Shown: piece by piece, positions 38,399 to 47,982 of the stretch
Layout of the letters: each line of letters starts with the position of its first letter
Position numbering within the stretch: the stretch's first letter is position 1
Assembly: GCA_030583685.1 (NCBI GenBank)
Contig: CP129470.1
Location: 148,345 to 212,344, forward strand
Origin: Candidatus Dojkabacteria bacterium
Lineage (GTDB): Bacteria > Patescibacteriota > Dojkabacteria > GCA-002793355
Length of the DNA stretch: 64,000 nt
Direction of reading: 5' to 3'
Program-made: the position numbers and the translations under genes
Notes under the pieces: model-generated
Seen by the model: the letters and a program-made list of their open reading frames with translations, nothing else
Told to the model about the DNA's origin: nothing
Databases searched by the model: none

Positions 38399-39185
38399 CA
38401 AAAAAAACATTATCAATGCGGTCAGTATCCTTGCACTCGGAGCTATCTTATCCGGTGGAGGGATTTTTCTCTGGCAGAACCAATTTACCTTTAATTTCAC
38501 ACCACAAGCCTCAACGCAAGATCTCCAGTCTGTCGTGCTCCTCGGAGAGAAAAGCAACCTTTCCACAGACAATTACGGACAAGGCGTGGTTGACGTGCTT
38601 GCAACCAAAACTCCTCGAACAATCGAGTTTATTGATCAAGCCGAAGTACATCCCCCTATTGCCAGCCCACGCGATCAAGCTGTCCTTGCGTATAATGCAA
38701 TGAATCGTCCTATTGAAGGACATGTATACTTCCTTCTGGTACTTGGTAAAAACGCTTGGATAGAAGGTTTAGAGCAGCAAGAAACCATTGCAACAACAAC
38801 CGCATCCATAAGAAAACAGGTGACCGATTTAGTAGAATTACTCGCTGCAAGACCAGGTGCATTTCCGCAAGGGTTTACCATTTTCCTTGCGGCATTCCCT
38901 GATCCCCTCAAGGGCACCGGAGACGCACAACATTGCGGGAGTGATTTTCCGATTCGAGAGGCAAAAACCATTGCAGAAACCTATAAAGAGATTACTCGAA
39001 CGATTGAGGCTTTGTCAGTTCTTTACCCTGAGTATATAGAAGTAGTCCCTGTTAATAATGCCTTTTCTGCTCATACGTTACTCGACACAGAATCATGGTT
39101 TTCAGATTGCGTCAACCTCAACGCAGTAGGAGAGCAAGAACTTTCTAAACGCTTCTTACAAGTAATCGAAGTTGCGAACAGGTAG
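38385..39185 (+). CDS. hypothetical membrane-anchored protein, possibly SGNH/GDSL-hydrolase-like
   Basis: Signal-anchor MKSTSKKNIINAVSILALGAILSGGG. The C-terminal block DCVNLNAVGEQELSKRF resembles the SGNH D-x-x-H/N block. Weak. Confidence 0.35.
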   Translation: MKSTSKKNIINAVSILALGAILSGGGIFLWQNQFTFNFTPQASTQDLQSVVLLGEKSNLSTDNYGQGVVDVLATKTPRTIEFIDQAEVHPPIASPRDQAVLAYNAMNRPIEGHVYFLLVLGKNAWIEGLEQQETIATTTASIRKQVTDLVELLAARPGAFPQGFTIFLAAFPDPLKGTGDAQHCGSDFPIREAKTIAETYKEITRTIEALSVLYPEYIEVVPVNNAFSAHTLLDTESWFSDCVNLNAVGEQELSKRFLQVIEVANR

Positions 39186-39211
39186 ATATTTGCATTTATT
39201 CCCAAAAGCAC

Positions 39212-39240
39212 TTGACTTTTTTGACAAATTAGTGTATTAT
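39212..39240 (+). promoter_or_regulatory. near-consensus sigma70 promoter TTGACT-17-TATTAT driving a leaderless yerC-like transcript
   Basis: TTGACT at 39212-39217, a 17-nt spacer, TATTAT at 39235-39240 and the ATG at 39247, 6 nt downstream. Confidence 0.45.
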
Positions 39241-39246
39241 TTAACT

Positions 39247-39573
39247 ATGACGTTGTATCAACCGAACCAAAAAGTTAAAAAATTAGCACAAGCGCTGCTC
39301 ACGCTACAGGACCAAAAAGAGCTGATTCTTTTTTTACGCGATCTGTTAACTGAACCAGAAATTGAAGAATTAGCAGGAAGATTGTCAGTCGCAATAGCGC
39401 TTTCAGAAGGAAAAAGCCAACGAGTCGTGGCTAAAGAAACAGGTGTGAGTATCGCAACTGTTACTCGAGTCAATCAGTGGCTCAAACGAGGGATGGGTGG
39501 GTACCAAAAGGTTATTGCAGCATTAAAAGCATCTAACGATTCACATTCACTTCATCATTCGACCAAGCAGTAG
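39247..39573 (+). CDS. TrpR-like YerC/YecD family protein
   Basis: 108 aa. LLTEPEIEELAGRLSVAIALSEGKSQRVVAKETGVSIATVTRVNQWLKRGMGGY matches the YerC/YecD family. Confidence 0.65.
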   Translation: MTLYQPNQKVKKLAQALLTLQDQKELILFLRDLLTEPEIEELAGRLSVAIALSEGKSQRVVAKETGVSIATVTRVNQWLKRGMGGYQKVIAALKASNDSHSLHHSTKQ

Positions 39574-39691
39574 CTTGTCGTCTGGTGCTTTTCTTTTTCC
39601 AAAAATAGCAAAGAACGAGGTGATAAGCGAAAGAAGTTTCCTTGTCACGTCAAAGCCTTACAGCTTCATAGCTCTAAAGCTTTAATTAAAT

Positions 39692-39702
39692 TGCTATATA
39701 AT
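39692..39702 (+). promoter_or_regulatory. extended -10 element (TGcTATATAAT) immediately upstream of the hisS ATG
   Basis: TGC TATATAAT at 39692-39702, with the ATG at 39708. Confidence 0.35.
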
Positions 39703-39707
39703 ACAGT

Positions 39708-41036
39708 ATGTCAACAACATACCTCTCGACGAAACCTTACAAAGGTGCTCGCGACTTCTTTCCAGAAGATATGCGAATAAGAAACTATATCTTTTCTGTG
39801 TGGAGAAGCATTTGTGAACGATATGGGTTTGAAGAATATGATTTTCCGATTGTCGAAAATTTGGAAGTTTTTGCGTCAAAGTCCGGAGAAGAAATTGTAT
39901 CGACGCAACTCTTTTCCTTTGCCGATAAAGGAGAACGTAACGTAGCGCTTCGCCCAGAACTGACGCCAAGCACCGTTCGCATGATTGCCGATCGCTACAA
40001 TGAACTACCCAAACCAATTAAATGGTTTATGATTGGCAACAACTGGCGTTTTGAAAAGCCACAAAAAGGACGAGGAAGAGAATTCTATCAACTTGAAGGG
40101 AACATCTTTGGCGTTGAAGGAGTCGAAGCTGATTTTGAAATTTTCTCGCTCATCGTTGCCATCATGAAAGAATTTGGAGCAAACGAAACCATGTACCGCC
40201 TTTACTACAGTGACCGACGCCTCATTTCGCTGTTGCTCGACGAGGTCCTGAAGCTTACGCAGGAACAACAACTGTCTGCTCGCAGAATTATGGATAAGCG
40301 GAAAAAAGTGACTGCAGAGGAATTTGTAGAGATGCTTGCCGCAGTTGGAATTACCGGTAAAGCAGCAGACACTATCGAAGCATTTATGAACAGTACCTTT
40401 TCAGAATTACCAACACTTCTTCCAGAAAAATTGTTGGCCGAAAATCAAGGTTATCAAGATGTATTACAACTTGAACAATTACTGATTGACTTTGATCTGA
40501 TGAAATATTGTCAATTTGACCCCGGCATTATCAGAGGGTTCGATTACAGTGATGGTTTAGTATATGAAGTATTCGACACAAATCCTGAAAACAAACGCTC
40601 GATGTTTGGAGGAGAGCGCTTTGACCGACTCATTAACGTGTTTGGCAAATTCGACATGGCAGCAACAGGCTTTGCAATGGGTGACATTACCTTACTCGAG
40701 TTCTTAAAAGGATGGAATCTGTTGCCAGAATTGCCAACAACAACGAGAGTTCTGGTCACCCGGTTTCCGGATGACAATCCAGCGATTTTTACGTACGCCG
40801 TAAAAATCGCCCAGCAACTTCGCGAAAACGGCATCTCCGTTTCGCAGTACCCAACAAAAGACAAACTCGAGAAACAACTTAAATACGCGGAAAAGTTGGG
40901 AATTCCTTTTGTTGTTATTGCGGGGGAAGGAGAGTTAGAATATAATACGGTAAAGCTTAAGGAATTGAAGAAGAGAGCAGAGCAGACTGTTGCTCTTTCT
41001 GAGCTTGCAAATTATTTTAGTAAGGGTAAATTATGA
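39708..41036 (+). CDS. hisS: histidine--tRNA ligase
   Basis: Blocks KGARDFFPEDMRIRNYI, FRFEKPQKGRGREFYQ and GGERFD (class II motif 3 region), plus an anticodon-binding C-terminal domain. Confidence 0.9.
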   Translation: MSTTYLSTKPYKGARDFFPEDMRIRNYIFSVWRSICERYGFEEYDFPIVENLEVFASKSGEEIVSTQLFSFADKGERNVALRPELTPSTVRMIADRYNELPKPIKWFMIGNNWRFEKPQKGRGREFYQLEGNIFGVEGVEADFEIFSLIVAIMKEFGANETMYRLYYSDRRLISLLLDEVLKLTQEQQLSARRIMDKRKKVTAEEFVEMLAAVGITGKAADTIEAFMNSTFSELPTLLPEKLLAENQGYQDVLQLEQLLIDFDLMKYCQFDPGIIRGFDYSDGLVYEVFDTNPENKRSMFGGERFDRLINVFGKFDMAATGFAMGDITLLEFLKGWNLLPELPTTTRVLVTRFPDDNPAIFTYAVKIAQQLRENGISVSQYPTKDKLEKQLKYAEKLGIPFVVIAGEGELEYNTVKLKELKKRAEQTVALSELANYFSKGKL

Positions 41037-41764
41037 GAAAAGTTCTCATTACAGGTGTTTCAAGAGGAATCGGAAAGGCAACCGCAAAGCTTCTTGCTCA
41101 AGAAGGGTATTATATTGTCGGAACCTATAAGTCAAACAAACAGGCTGCCGAACAGCTTAAAACTGAGATCAAAAATATCGATCTCTTCCAAGTCGATCTC
41201 TCCAAAAGGAGCGAAACTCTTGAGTTTGTTGAAAAGCTCAAGAATGAGAATTTCTATGCAATTGTAAATAATGCCGGAATCTTAAATTTTGAACAGTGGG
41301 AGCAACTCACTTTGGAAAATTGGGATACAACTCTTGAGGTCAATGTTACAGCTCCTCTTCTTATCTGTCATGGCTTGCGTAAGTCTATAGGTGCAGGGGG
41401 AGTGATTATTAATGTATCTTCAACAGACGGGTTAAAAGGGGCATTAGCCTCAATTCCTTACGCGGTCAGCAAAGCAGCATTAACCAACCTCACATTGAGT
41501 CTCGCAAATGTATTTGGACCACAAAATGTTCGAGTGATTTCACTTGCCCCTGGGTGGATAGGTGACGGCATGGGTTCTCCCGTTATTGAAGATGCGAAAT
41601 GGTTTAATCCTCTAGGAAGAACTGCAGAGTTCAACGAAATAGCATCAGCGATTTCCCTCCTGTTGTCTGAAAAAGCAAGTTTTATCAACGGTACAAACTT
41701 TATCGTTGACGGCGGATCAATGGCAGTTGATTACTGCATTAAAAAAGAAAACGACCTGACTTAA
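41033..41764 (+). CDS. short-chain dehydrogenase/reductase (SDR) family oxidoreductase
   Basis: Blocks TGVSRGIGKA, NNAGI and the YAVSKAA catalytic YxxxK; 243 aa; ATGA overlap with hisS. Confidence 0.8.
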   Translation: MRKVLITGVSRGIGKATAKLLAQEGYYIVGTYKSNKQAAEQLKTEIKNIDLFQVDLSKRSETLEFVEKLKNENFYAIVNNAGILNFEQWEQLTLENWDTTLEVNVTAPLLICHGLRKSIGAGGVIINVSSTDGLKGALASIPYAVSKAALTNLTLSLANVFGPQNVRVISLAPGWIGDGMGSPVIEDAKWFNPLGRTAEFNEIASAISLLLSEKASFINGTNFIVDGGSMAVDYCIKKENDLT

Positions 41765-43197
41765 TATACCGCAACAACCCCATATTCCTTTACATCAAAC
41801 AGTTTCTTCACTTCTTCTGGAATTTCCGTTTCAAATTGCAACCCTAGTTCTTTCGCAACAAATTTTGCGGTCACCTCGTAGGCACGGCCCCCGATTGCAT
41901 AAACTCTTCCATGAGGAATTGTTTCTCCAAAAACTTTTTGATTTGTTGTTACCGTAATTGGTGCATAATAGTATTTGCTTTGGAATGCTTTTGCTGAGTT
42001 GGCCGACGCTGTGTCTCCCGCGTACACGGATACCGTTTTCTTCATCGTTGCGAGTGAAGGTTCCGTAAAGTAGAGCGCGATGAATTTCTTCAACTCTGCC
42101 CATTTCCCGTAGCCTTGCACGGGACCGAGTAAATAGGGGTTAAAATTAATGACCGAAATCAACTTTCCCACGCTACCTCCCGCATACAAATCGATTACGT
42201 ATGAATATGAAACAGGCTTTCCCTTATCTTTCAATATACCAACGCCGGCTTGCACATCTTCCAAACGAAATTCGCTCACAGTCAGGTTTTTTGAGGCGAC
42301 TCCCAATAGTTCCATTACTCGTGTAGGGTTTAATAATGTTTCATTCTTGACGGCTTTGTCGATGACTGCCTGAATCACTTCTTGTTGCCGCCTCGAGCGA
42401 GCGAAATCGGACTCTTCACTTTTTGGAGTGACACCTTTCCTGATTCGGCTATACTGCAGTGCCTGTTCACCATTCATCTCATTCCAGCCGCGTTTAAAAG
42501 AAACCTTTTTATAGCCATATGTTTCAGTCGGGTACAACCCTGAAATATCATATTCTAAGTATATCGAAATCCCTCCCACAACATCGATTGCGTCAATAAA
42601 TCCTTTCAAATCGACCATAGCATAATAGTGAATATCTCTTCCCGATAACCCACTTACCACTTCAACAAGCTTTCCAAGCCCAGTTCCTTTCTTTTGACGC
42701 TCACCAATCGCATACATTGAATTTATCCTTGTAAAATCTGATCTGCCCGGAAACTGAACCGCTAAATCTCGCGGAAAAGAGAGCATCGCCAATCGATGCG
42801 TTTCGTGATCGTAGGAAGCCAAAATAATGGTATCGGTATTGAGCTCTACCTGACCGGATTCTCGCGTATCGATACCAACCAGTAAGACATTTGTTTTCCC
42901 CTCGGAATCCTTTTTCAACTCGGGCTTCAACACAGGAATAAAGGTTTTTAGTCCAGCAGTACTTGGTGAGATGGTTTGCAATAATCCCGCACCCACACGA
43001 AGCAAGCCAAGTACTAAGGCAACGAGTCCAAGAATAACAACGAGTTTCGTTGGAAACTTTTTTTTCTTTCGCGTAATCTGTGGCACACGCTTCTGAAAAA
43101 CAAACGTACTCTCGCTATTACTCACCTTCTTTTCGCTATTGTTTTTTGAACCACCGTGAAAATGGGAGTCGTCTAAGGAAATCTTCATTACCGCCAT
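41761..43197 (-). CDS. LytR-CpsA-Psr (LCP) family cell-envelope phosphotransferase
   Basis: TM anchor followed by the LCP core: NVLLVGIDTRE...TDTIILASYD...LSFPRDL...DIDAVGG. Confidence 0.8.
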   Translation of the reverse strand: MAVMKISLDDSHFHGGSKNNSEKKVSNSESTFVFQKRVPQITRKKKKFPTKLVVILGLVALVLGLLRVGAGLLQTISPSTAGLKTFIPVLKPELKKDSEGKTNVLLVGIDTRESGQVELNTDTIILASYDHETHRLAMLSFPRDLAVQFPGRSDFTRINSMYAIGERQKKGTGLGKLVEVVSGLSGRDIHYYAMVDLKGFIDAIDVVGGISIYLEYDISGLYPTETYGYKKVSFKRGWNEMNGEQALQYSRIRKGVTPKSEESDFARSRRQQEVIQAVIDKAVKNETLLNPTRVMELLGVASKNLTVSEFRLEDVQAGVGILKDKGKPVSYSYVIDLYAGGSVGKLISVINFNPYLLGPVQGYGKWAELKKFIALYFTEPSLATMKKTVSVYAGDTASANSAKAFQSKYYYAPITVTTNQKVFGETIPHGRVYAIGGRAYEVTAKFVAKELGLQFETEIPEEVKKLFDVKEYGVVAVY

Positions 43198-43258
43198 GGT
43201 GCATTATGCCATAAGATTCTGTAACCACTAAATCTTGACGAAAGGAGTATACTTGAGT

Positions 43259-44038
43259 ATGAAGAAGTTTTTCTCAATTTTACTCATTGTTGTCGGAATC
43301 CTTGTGGTTACAACAACAGTCGTTGGCTTTGTTGTTGCGCAGAAAATCAAGAGCGGGGAGTTTTCCTTGCCGAGTTTTTTGTCAATGTTTAATAATTCTG
43401 CTTCAATTGATCTTGGGATCACGTATACCGAAGAAGAAGTCCTTGAAGTACACGAGAAAATGCAGTCATCCGCTAAGGTTGTAACCGATGAAAGCCCAGA
43501 GTGTCGTAGGTATGAGTGCATTCCCGGAAACGCGATCTATGTAGGGGGGCAGAGAATTGAAGTAGAGCTAACAAATTCAGTTGCCACCGGACTCATCAAT
43601 GAATGGATACAATTATCACCCAATGCGCCATTTACCTCAGCCCAAATGCGAGTAAACAACGACGGTTCCGTAGACTTTGCAGGAATCGTTGATATGAAAC
43701 AGGTGCAAAACTACGCAAAAGCAAGCAAAATACCGCAAGCAACCCTTGATATGGCAACAAAATACGTCGGCGCGCTGGGCGAAACATTCCCCGTACGAGC
43801 ATCGGGAACGTTGACAATAAAGAACAATGCAGTCGATGCAAATTTTACCAAATTCCAAGTGGGCATTATTGCAATTCCGAGCAGTATGCTCAGCACGTAC
43901 AAGGGAGAAGTTGACAGCTTTGTTGAGGAAAGACTTGCAGTTGTTCAGAAATCATTCTCGATTGAAGAATTATCCTTCGCAGACGGAAAAACAATTTACA
44001 AAGGGACCGTACCTAAGGAAGTGTTGTTTGTGAAATAA
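43259..44038 (+). CDS. hypothetical membrane-anchored extracytoplasmic protein
   Basis: N-terminal TM MKKFFSILLIVVGILVVTTTVVGFVVA; no recognisable domain. Confidence 0.4.
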   Translation: MKKFFSILLIVVGILVVTTTVVGFVVAQKIKSGEFSLPSFLSMFNNSASIDLGITYTEEEVLEVHEKMQSSAKVVTDESPECRRYECIPGNAIYVGGQRIEVELTNSVATGLINEWIQLSPNAPFTSAQMRVNNDGSVDFAGIVDMKQVQNYAKASKIPQATLDMATKYVGALGETFPVRASGTLTIKNNAVDANFTKFQVGIIAIPSSMLSTYKGEVDSFVEERLAVVQKSFSIEELSFADGKTIYKGTVPKEVLFVK

Positions 44039-44047
44039 TCTTCAGTG

Positions 44048-44323
44048 CTATTCTACGCCACTTAACTTCCTTAATTTTTTTTGAGCGGTAGCCAATCGCA
44101 AACTCTCAGAAGTGGTTAGCTTTCTCGTATCTGCAATTCGAGTCAGTGAATCGATTGTCAAAAGTAGTCCTTTCTTAAGCGGTTCTCCCGTAGCTTCTGC
44201 AATTCTCTCCTGAGCTCGTTCAATCCACTTCGTAATACCTCCAGTCTTATTTCCCTTCGTTTGTAATCGTGATTGAGACTCACTAACCAAACTGTTCATT
44301 CCATTTTTTATCATACTAATCAC
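44048..44323 (-). CDS. hypothetical small basic protein
   Basis: 91-aa ORF, Lys/Arg-rich C-terminus, no recognisable domain. Confidence 0.25.
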   Translation of the reverse strand: MISMIKNGMNSLVSESQSRLQTKGNKTGGITKWIERAQERIAEATGEPLKKGLLLTIDSLTRIADTRKLTTSESLRLATAQKKLRKLSGVE

Positions 44324-44440
44324 AACTGGTCAACAATTTTGTTTTCATTACATAATTGCAATAATCTCTTCAAAGCTTTTTTCCTTTATTGTTTATACTT
44401 TATACGCTATAATTCTCCCAATAACCTAATCACCACAACC

Positions 44441-45031
44441 ATGGCGAACATCAGTAATCTTGACTCACAATATCTCAAAACAGGAATGAATGCGCAACAT
44501 GTTCTTCCCACCTTTGATGAAGACGGTAATGTTAATATGTTGGTCGAAATTCCAAAAGGTTCCTTCAATAAATACGAGTATGTTACCGAGGCAAACGTGA
44601 TTAAACTCGATCGTGTTTTGTTTGAAATGCTTCCCTATCCAATTGAATATGGCTTAATTCCGCAAACCTACGACGAGGACAACGATTTACTCGATATTAT
44701 GAGTTTGGTTACCTATCCAACGTTCCCCGGTTGTTTACTTGCCGTTCGCCCAATTGGCGTGATGTATATGAACGACAGTGGAGAAATCGACGACAAAGTT
44801 CTTGCTGTCCCTGCAGATGATATCCGTTTCAAGCACATTACTTCTTACACGCAACTGCCACAGATTACGATTGATGAAATTCAATTTTTCTGGGAACACT
44901 ACAAGGACTTGCAGTTCAAACACAAAGGGCAAACCGACAAAAAAGTCGTCATTGACCGCTGGGGAGATGAAAAAGAGGCTCTTGAAGTCATCAAGAAGTG
45001 CCAAGAGGCGTACAAAGTGAAATTTGCGTAA
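44441..45031 (+). CDS. ppa: inorganic pyrophosphatase (family I)
   Basis: Blocks EIPKGSFNKYEY, DEDNDLLDIM and DDKVLAVP. The start was trimmed to MANISNL at 44441, with TATAAT at 44409-44414. Confidence 0.85.
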   Translation: MANISNLDSQYLKTGMNAQHVLPTFDEDGNVNMLVEIPKGSFNKYEYVTEANVIKLDRVLFEMLPYPIEYGLIPQTYDEDNDLLDIMSLVTYPTFPGCLLAVRPIGVMYMNDSGEIDDKVLAVPADDIRFKHITSYTQLPQITIDEIQFFWEHYKDLQFKHKGQTDKKVVIDRWGDEKEALEVIKKCQEAYKVKFA

Positions 45032-45067
45032 TATAGTATTACGAGGCCAAATTTGTTATCATACTGC

Positions 45068-46375
45068 ATGTTAGATCTATCGTTTATTCTTGCGAACCCT
45101 GATGTCGTTAAGGCGGCAATTACCAACAAAGGCGTTCGCGGTATCACTCCAGAAGATGTTGATACCATTGTTTCACTTGCTACAACGGTAAAGTCTATCA
45201 CCTCCAAGGCACAGGAACTTCGTGCGAAACGAAATGAAAACGCCGAGAAAATTCAGAAGGCTTCTCCAGAAGAACGAGGAACCATTATCGAAGCCGGAAA
45301 AAATATTAAAACCGAACTCTCCGAACTTGAAACAACCTTACAAAAAGACGAAGCTGAATTATACCGATTAATGTCGTTCTTGCCAGGAATCCCGTCTGAT
45401 GACACGCCCATCGGCCCAGACGACTCTGGTAATGTTGTCCACCACACGTGGGGTGAGAAACCAATGTTTGATTTCACGCCAAAACACCACGCGGATTTAC
45501 TTGGTGACTTAGGATTGCTTGACCTCGAAAGAGGAGTCAAAGTGTCAGGCTTCCGCGGATACTTTTTGAAAGGCGACGCAGCAATGTTGCAGTGGGCAGT
45601 ATTGATGTATGCAATGAATTTTATGCAGGAAAAAGGATATGAAATTGTAACCCCCCCAATGATTGTGAAGGAAGCAATGCTCTTTGGAACTGGGCATTTC
45701 CCCTGGGGAGCACAGGACATTTATTCCATAGGGAAACCCGGGGTTGACGAAACCGGAAAAGAGATTACCGACTCAATGTATCTTGCAGGCACAGCAGAAG
45801 TTCCACTCATGGGTATGTACAGTAATGAAACACTCGAATTAGCAAGTAAACCTTTGAAAATGGCAGGATTGTCGCCGTGTTACAGAAACGAAGTTGGAAG
45901 TTATAGTAAAGATCTCCGAGGTATTTATCGAGTGCATGAGTTTCTTAAGGTCGAACAAGTAGTTCTTATGGAACCCGACGAACGAGCAGCAGAAGAGATG
46001 CACCAAGAATTGTTAAAGAATACTGAAGAAATCCAGCAAAACCTTGGTATTCATTATCGAGTATTGTCAATGTGTACGGGAGACATGGGTGAACCGCAAT
46101 ATAAAAAGTACGATGTAGAATCGTGGATGCCCGGTCGCGATAGCTATGGAGAAACCTGCTCTGCATCAAACATGCGAGATTTCCAAACACGACGCAATAA
46201 TATTAAAGTCATCACAACAGAGGGGAAAAAGGAATTCGCTTTCGCCCTAAACAGCACCGCAGTCCCTCTCCCCAGACTTCTTATCGCACTCGTCGAAACT
46301 CACCAAACCAAAGACGGAAAAATTAAAATCCCGGAACCATTACAAAAATACATGGGCAAGGACATTATTGGATAA
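45068..46375 (+). CDS. serS: serine--tRNA ligase
   Basis: N-terminal coiled-coil arm plus class II core: GFRGYFLKG, TAEVPLMGMY, CYRNEVGSY and RVHEFLKVEQ. Confidence 0.9.
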   Translation: MLDLSFILANPDVVKAAITNKGVRGITPEDVDTIVSLATTVKSITSKAQELRAKRNENAEKIQKASPEERGTIIEAGKNIKTELSELETTLQKDEAELYRLMSFLPGIPSDDTPIGPDDSGNVVHHTWGEKPMFDFTPKHHADLLGDLGLLDLERGVKVSGFRGYFLKGDAAMLQWAVLMYAMNFMQEKGYEIVTPPMIVKEAMLFGTGHFPWGAQDIYSIGKPGVDETGKEITDSMYLAGTAEVPLMGMYSNETLELASKPLKMAGLSPCYRNEVGSYSKDLRGIYRVHEFLKVEQVVLMEPDERAAEEMHQELLKNTEEIQQNLGIHYRVLSMCTGDMGEPQYKKYDVESWMPGRDSYGETCSASNMRDFQTRRNNIKVITTEGKKEFAFALNSTAVPLPRLLIALVETHQTKDGKIKIPEPLQKYMGKDIIG

Positions 46376-46387
46376 GCAATCGCGTGC

Positions 46388-47044
46388 ATGATCATTTCAA
46401 TCGCAGTTAAAGCATCTACTCGCCGTCATCGCTCAACAACGCTCAGAATCGTTAATCGAGGAGAACTAGAACTCTTAATACCACAAAAATTCGGGTTATC
46501 GTTAATTTCTCAGTTTCTTATAGCAAATATTCCTTTTCTGAGGAAATCGATGTCCATCCCCTTTATTCAGAAAACTCGAAAATCATTTGAAGTTGGTGAT
46601 ATTGTGTCACTTCTGGGAACTTCATACCTCCTTGAAAAAGGAAGCATCAGATCGCTTCCACAGATACGTGGTGAAAAAGTATTACTGCCGTTTCGAACCA
46701 CAACGCTCACACGAAAAAGATTTTACGAGCTCGCAACAAATTTTTTGAAGGCGTATTGCGAAAAAAGAATTGCTGAATTATCTGATGAAATGCGACTTTA
46801 CCCAAAACGAGTTCGTTACAAGCTGGTAAAGTCTCTCTGGGGCAGCTGTAGCACTCGCGGAGGCATCACGCTCAACAAAAAACTTGTTCATTATCCACCC
46901 ACAACTATTGATTATGTGATAATTCACGAACTTGCACATTTGCAAGAACATAATCACTCAAAACGATTTTGGGAACTTGTTGCGACATACTGCCCAGACT
47001 ACAAAAATCACAAAAAAATTCTGAAAGAAAAGCAATTCACTTAG
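46388..47044 (+). CDS. YgjP-like (DUF45/SprT-like) zinc metallohydrolase
   Basis: Carries HELAHLQEHNHSKRFWELV, the HExxH..H motif of the YgjP family, and an N-terminal RRHRSTTLRIVNRGELELLIPQ block. Confidence 0.7.
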   Translation: MIISIAVKASTRRHRSTTLRIVNRGELELLIPQKFGLSLISQFLIANIPFLRKSMSIPFIQKTRKSFEVGDIVSLLGTSYLLEKGSIRSLPQIRGEKVLLPFRTTTLTRKRFYELATNFLKAYCEKRIAELSDEMRLYPKRVRYKLVKSLWGSCSTRGGITLNKKLVHYPPTTIDYVIIHELAHLQEHNHSKRFWELVATYCPDYKNHKKILKEKQFT

Positions 47045-47936
47045 TTTGTTGATACTTTTTTGCCCAAGTAATTTGTCGTTTTGCATACCTACGATGTGCC
47101 TGTTTGATTTCCTCCAAAACTTGTTCGAATACTGCATCTCTCTTGTGAACAAGTTGTTCCCAATTCTGATTTGCTGTCATAAACGCAGCCAATTGCCTAT
47201 AGCCCATCATGTGTAACGCAGGAGCATCTTTTCCATAAATTCGAAGAAGTTCGTTGACCTCCGCGAGCCACCCTTCTGTCAAATACCGTTCAACACGAGT
47301 ATTTATGGTCTGATACAACACTTCCCGAACGAATATTTCATCATGCCAAATCCTTGTTGCGGAAACCAAGAAGCCAGGTTGCTGAATTTTCGATTGATTT
47401 GGTGGAGGAGGGGAGGCTTGCTGATTTTCCAGCAACCGAATGAGACGACGTGGGTTCTGTCGATCACTTTCAGTCAATTTCTCAAATCGTTCAGGTGCGA
47501 GCAACGCTGCTTTTTGTTGCAATTCTTGGACCGTTTCAACATTCAGTTGTGCTCTCAACTCCGGATTTCGTGGTGAACAAAAATCATTGCCTTGCAGTAA
47601 CGCATCTAGATAGAGTCCGGTTCCACCATGAAGTATGATACCGCCAGCCTGAGTAATCTCTGCCTCATGCTGAGCAAACCACGCAAACATATACTGCTGA
47701 TAGAAGTATGCAGAAATTTCCTCCGTTGGGTCTAAAAAATCAATTCCTCCAACCAATACCGAAGGGTTTGCATGCATAAACCTCAACAAGGAGAGTTTAT
47801 TTGTCCCAATATCTGCACCGCGATACACTTTTCGAGAATCAACCGAGACAATAGGGTAATGGTATTGCCGCCACAATGCTTGCGCCTGTTCTGTTTTTCC
47901 CCGTGCGGTCGCACCGAAAAGTATGTGAAGTTCCAT
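47037..47936 (-). CDS. miaA: tRNA dimethylallyltransferase MiaA
   Basis: Blocks FGATARGKT, SVDSRKVYRGADIGTNK and LHGGTGLYLDALLQG. Confidence 0.85.
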   Translation of the reverse strand: MELHILFGATARGKTEQAQALWRQYHYPIVSVDSRKVYRGADIGTNKLSLLRFMHANPSVLVGGIDFLDPTEEISAYFYQQYMFAWFAQHEAEITQAGGIILHGGTGLYLDALLQGNDFCSPRNPELRAQLNVETVQELQQKAALLAPERFEKLTESDRQNPRRLIRLLENQQASPPPPNQSKIQQPGFLVSATRIWHDEIFVREVLYQTINTRVERYLTEGWLAEVNELLRIYGKDAPALHMMGYRQLAAFMTANQNWEQLVHKRDAVFEQVLEEIKQAHRRYAKRQITWAKKYQQTK

Positions 47937-47982
47937 ATTCTCGGGTATTGTAACAAATACTGACTTTCAGGTACAATCAACC

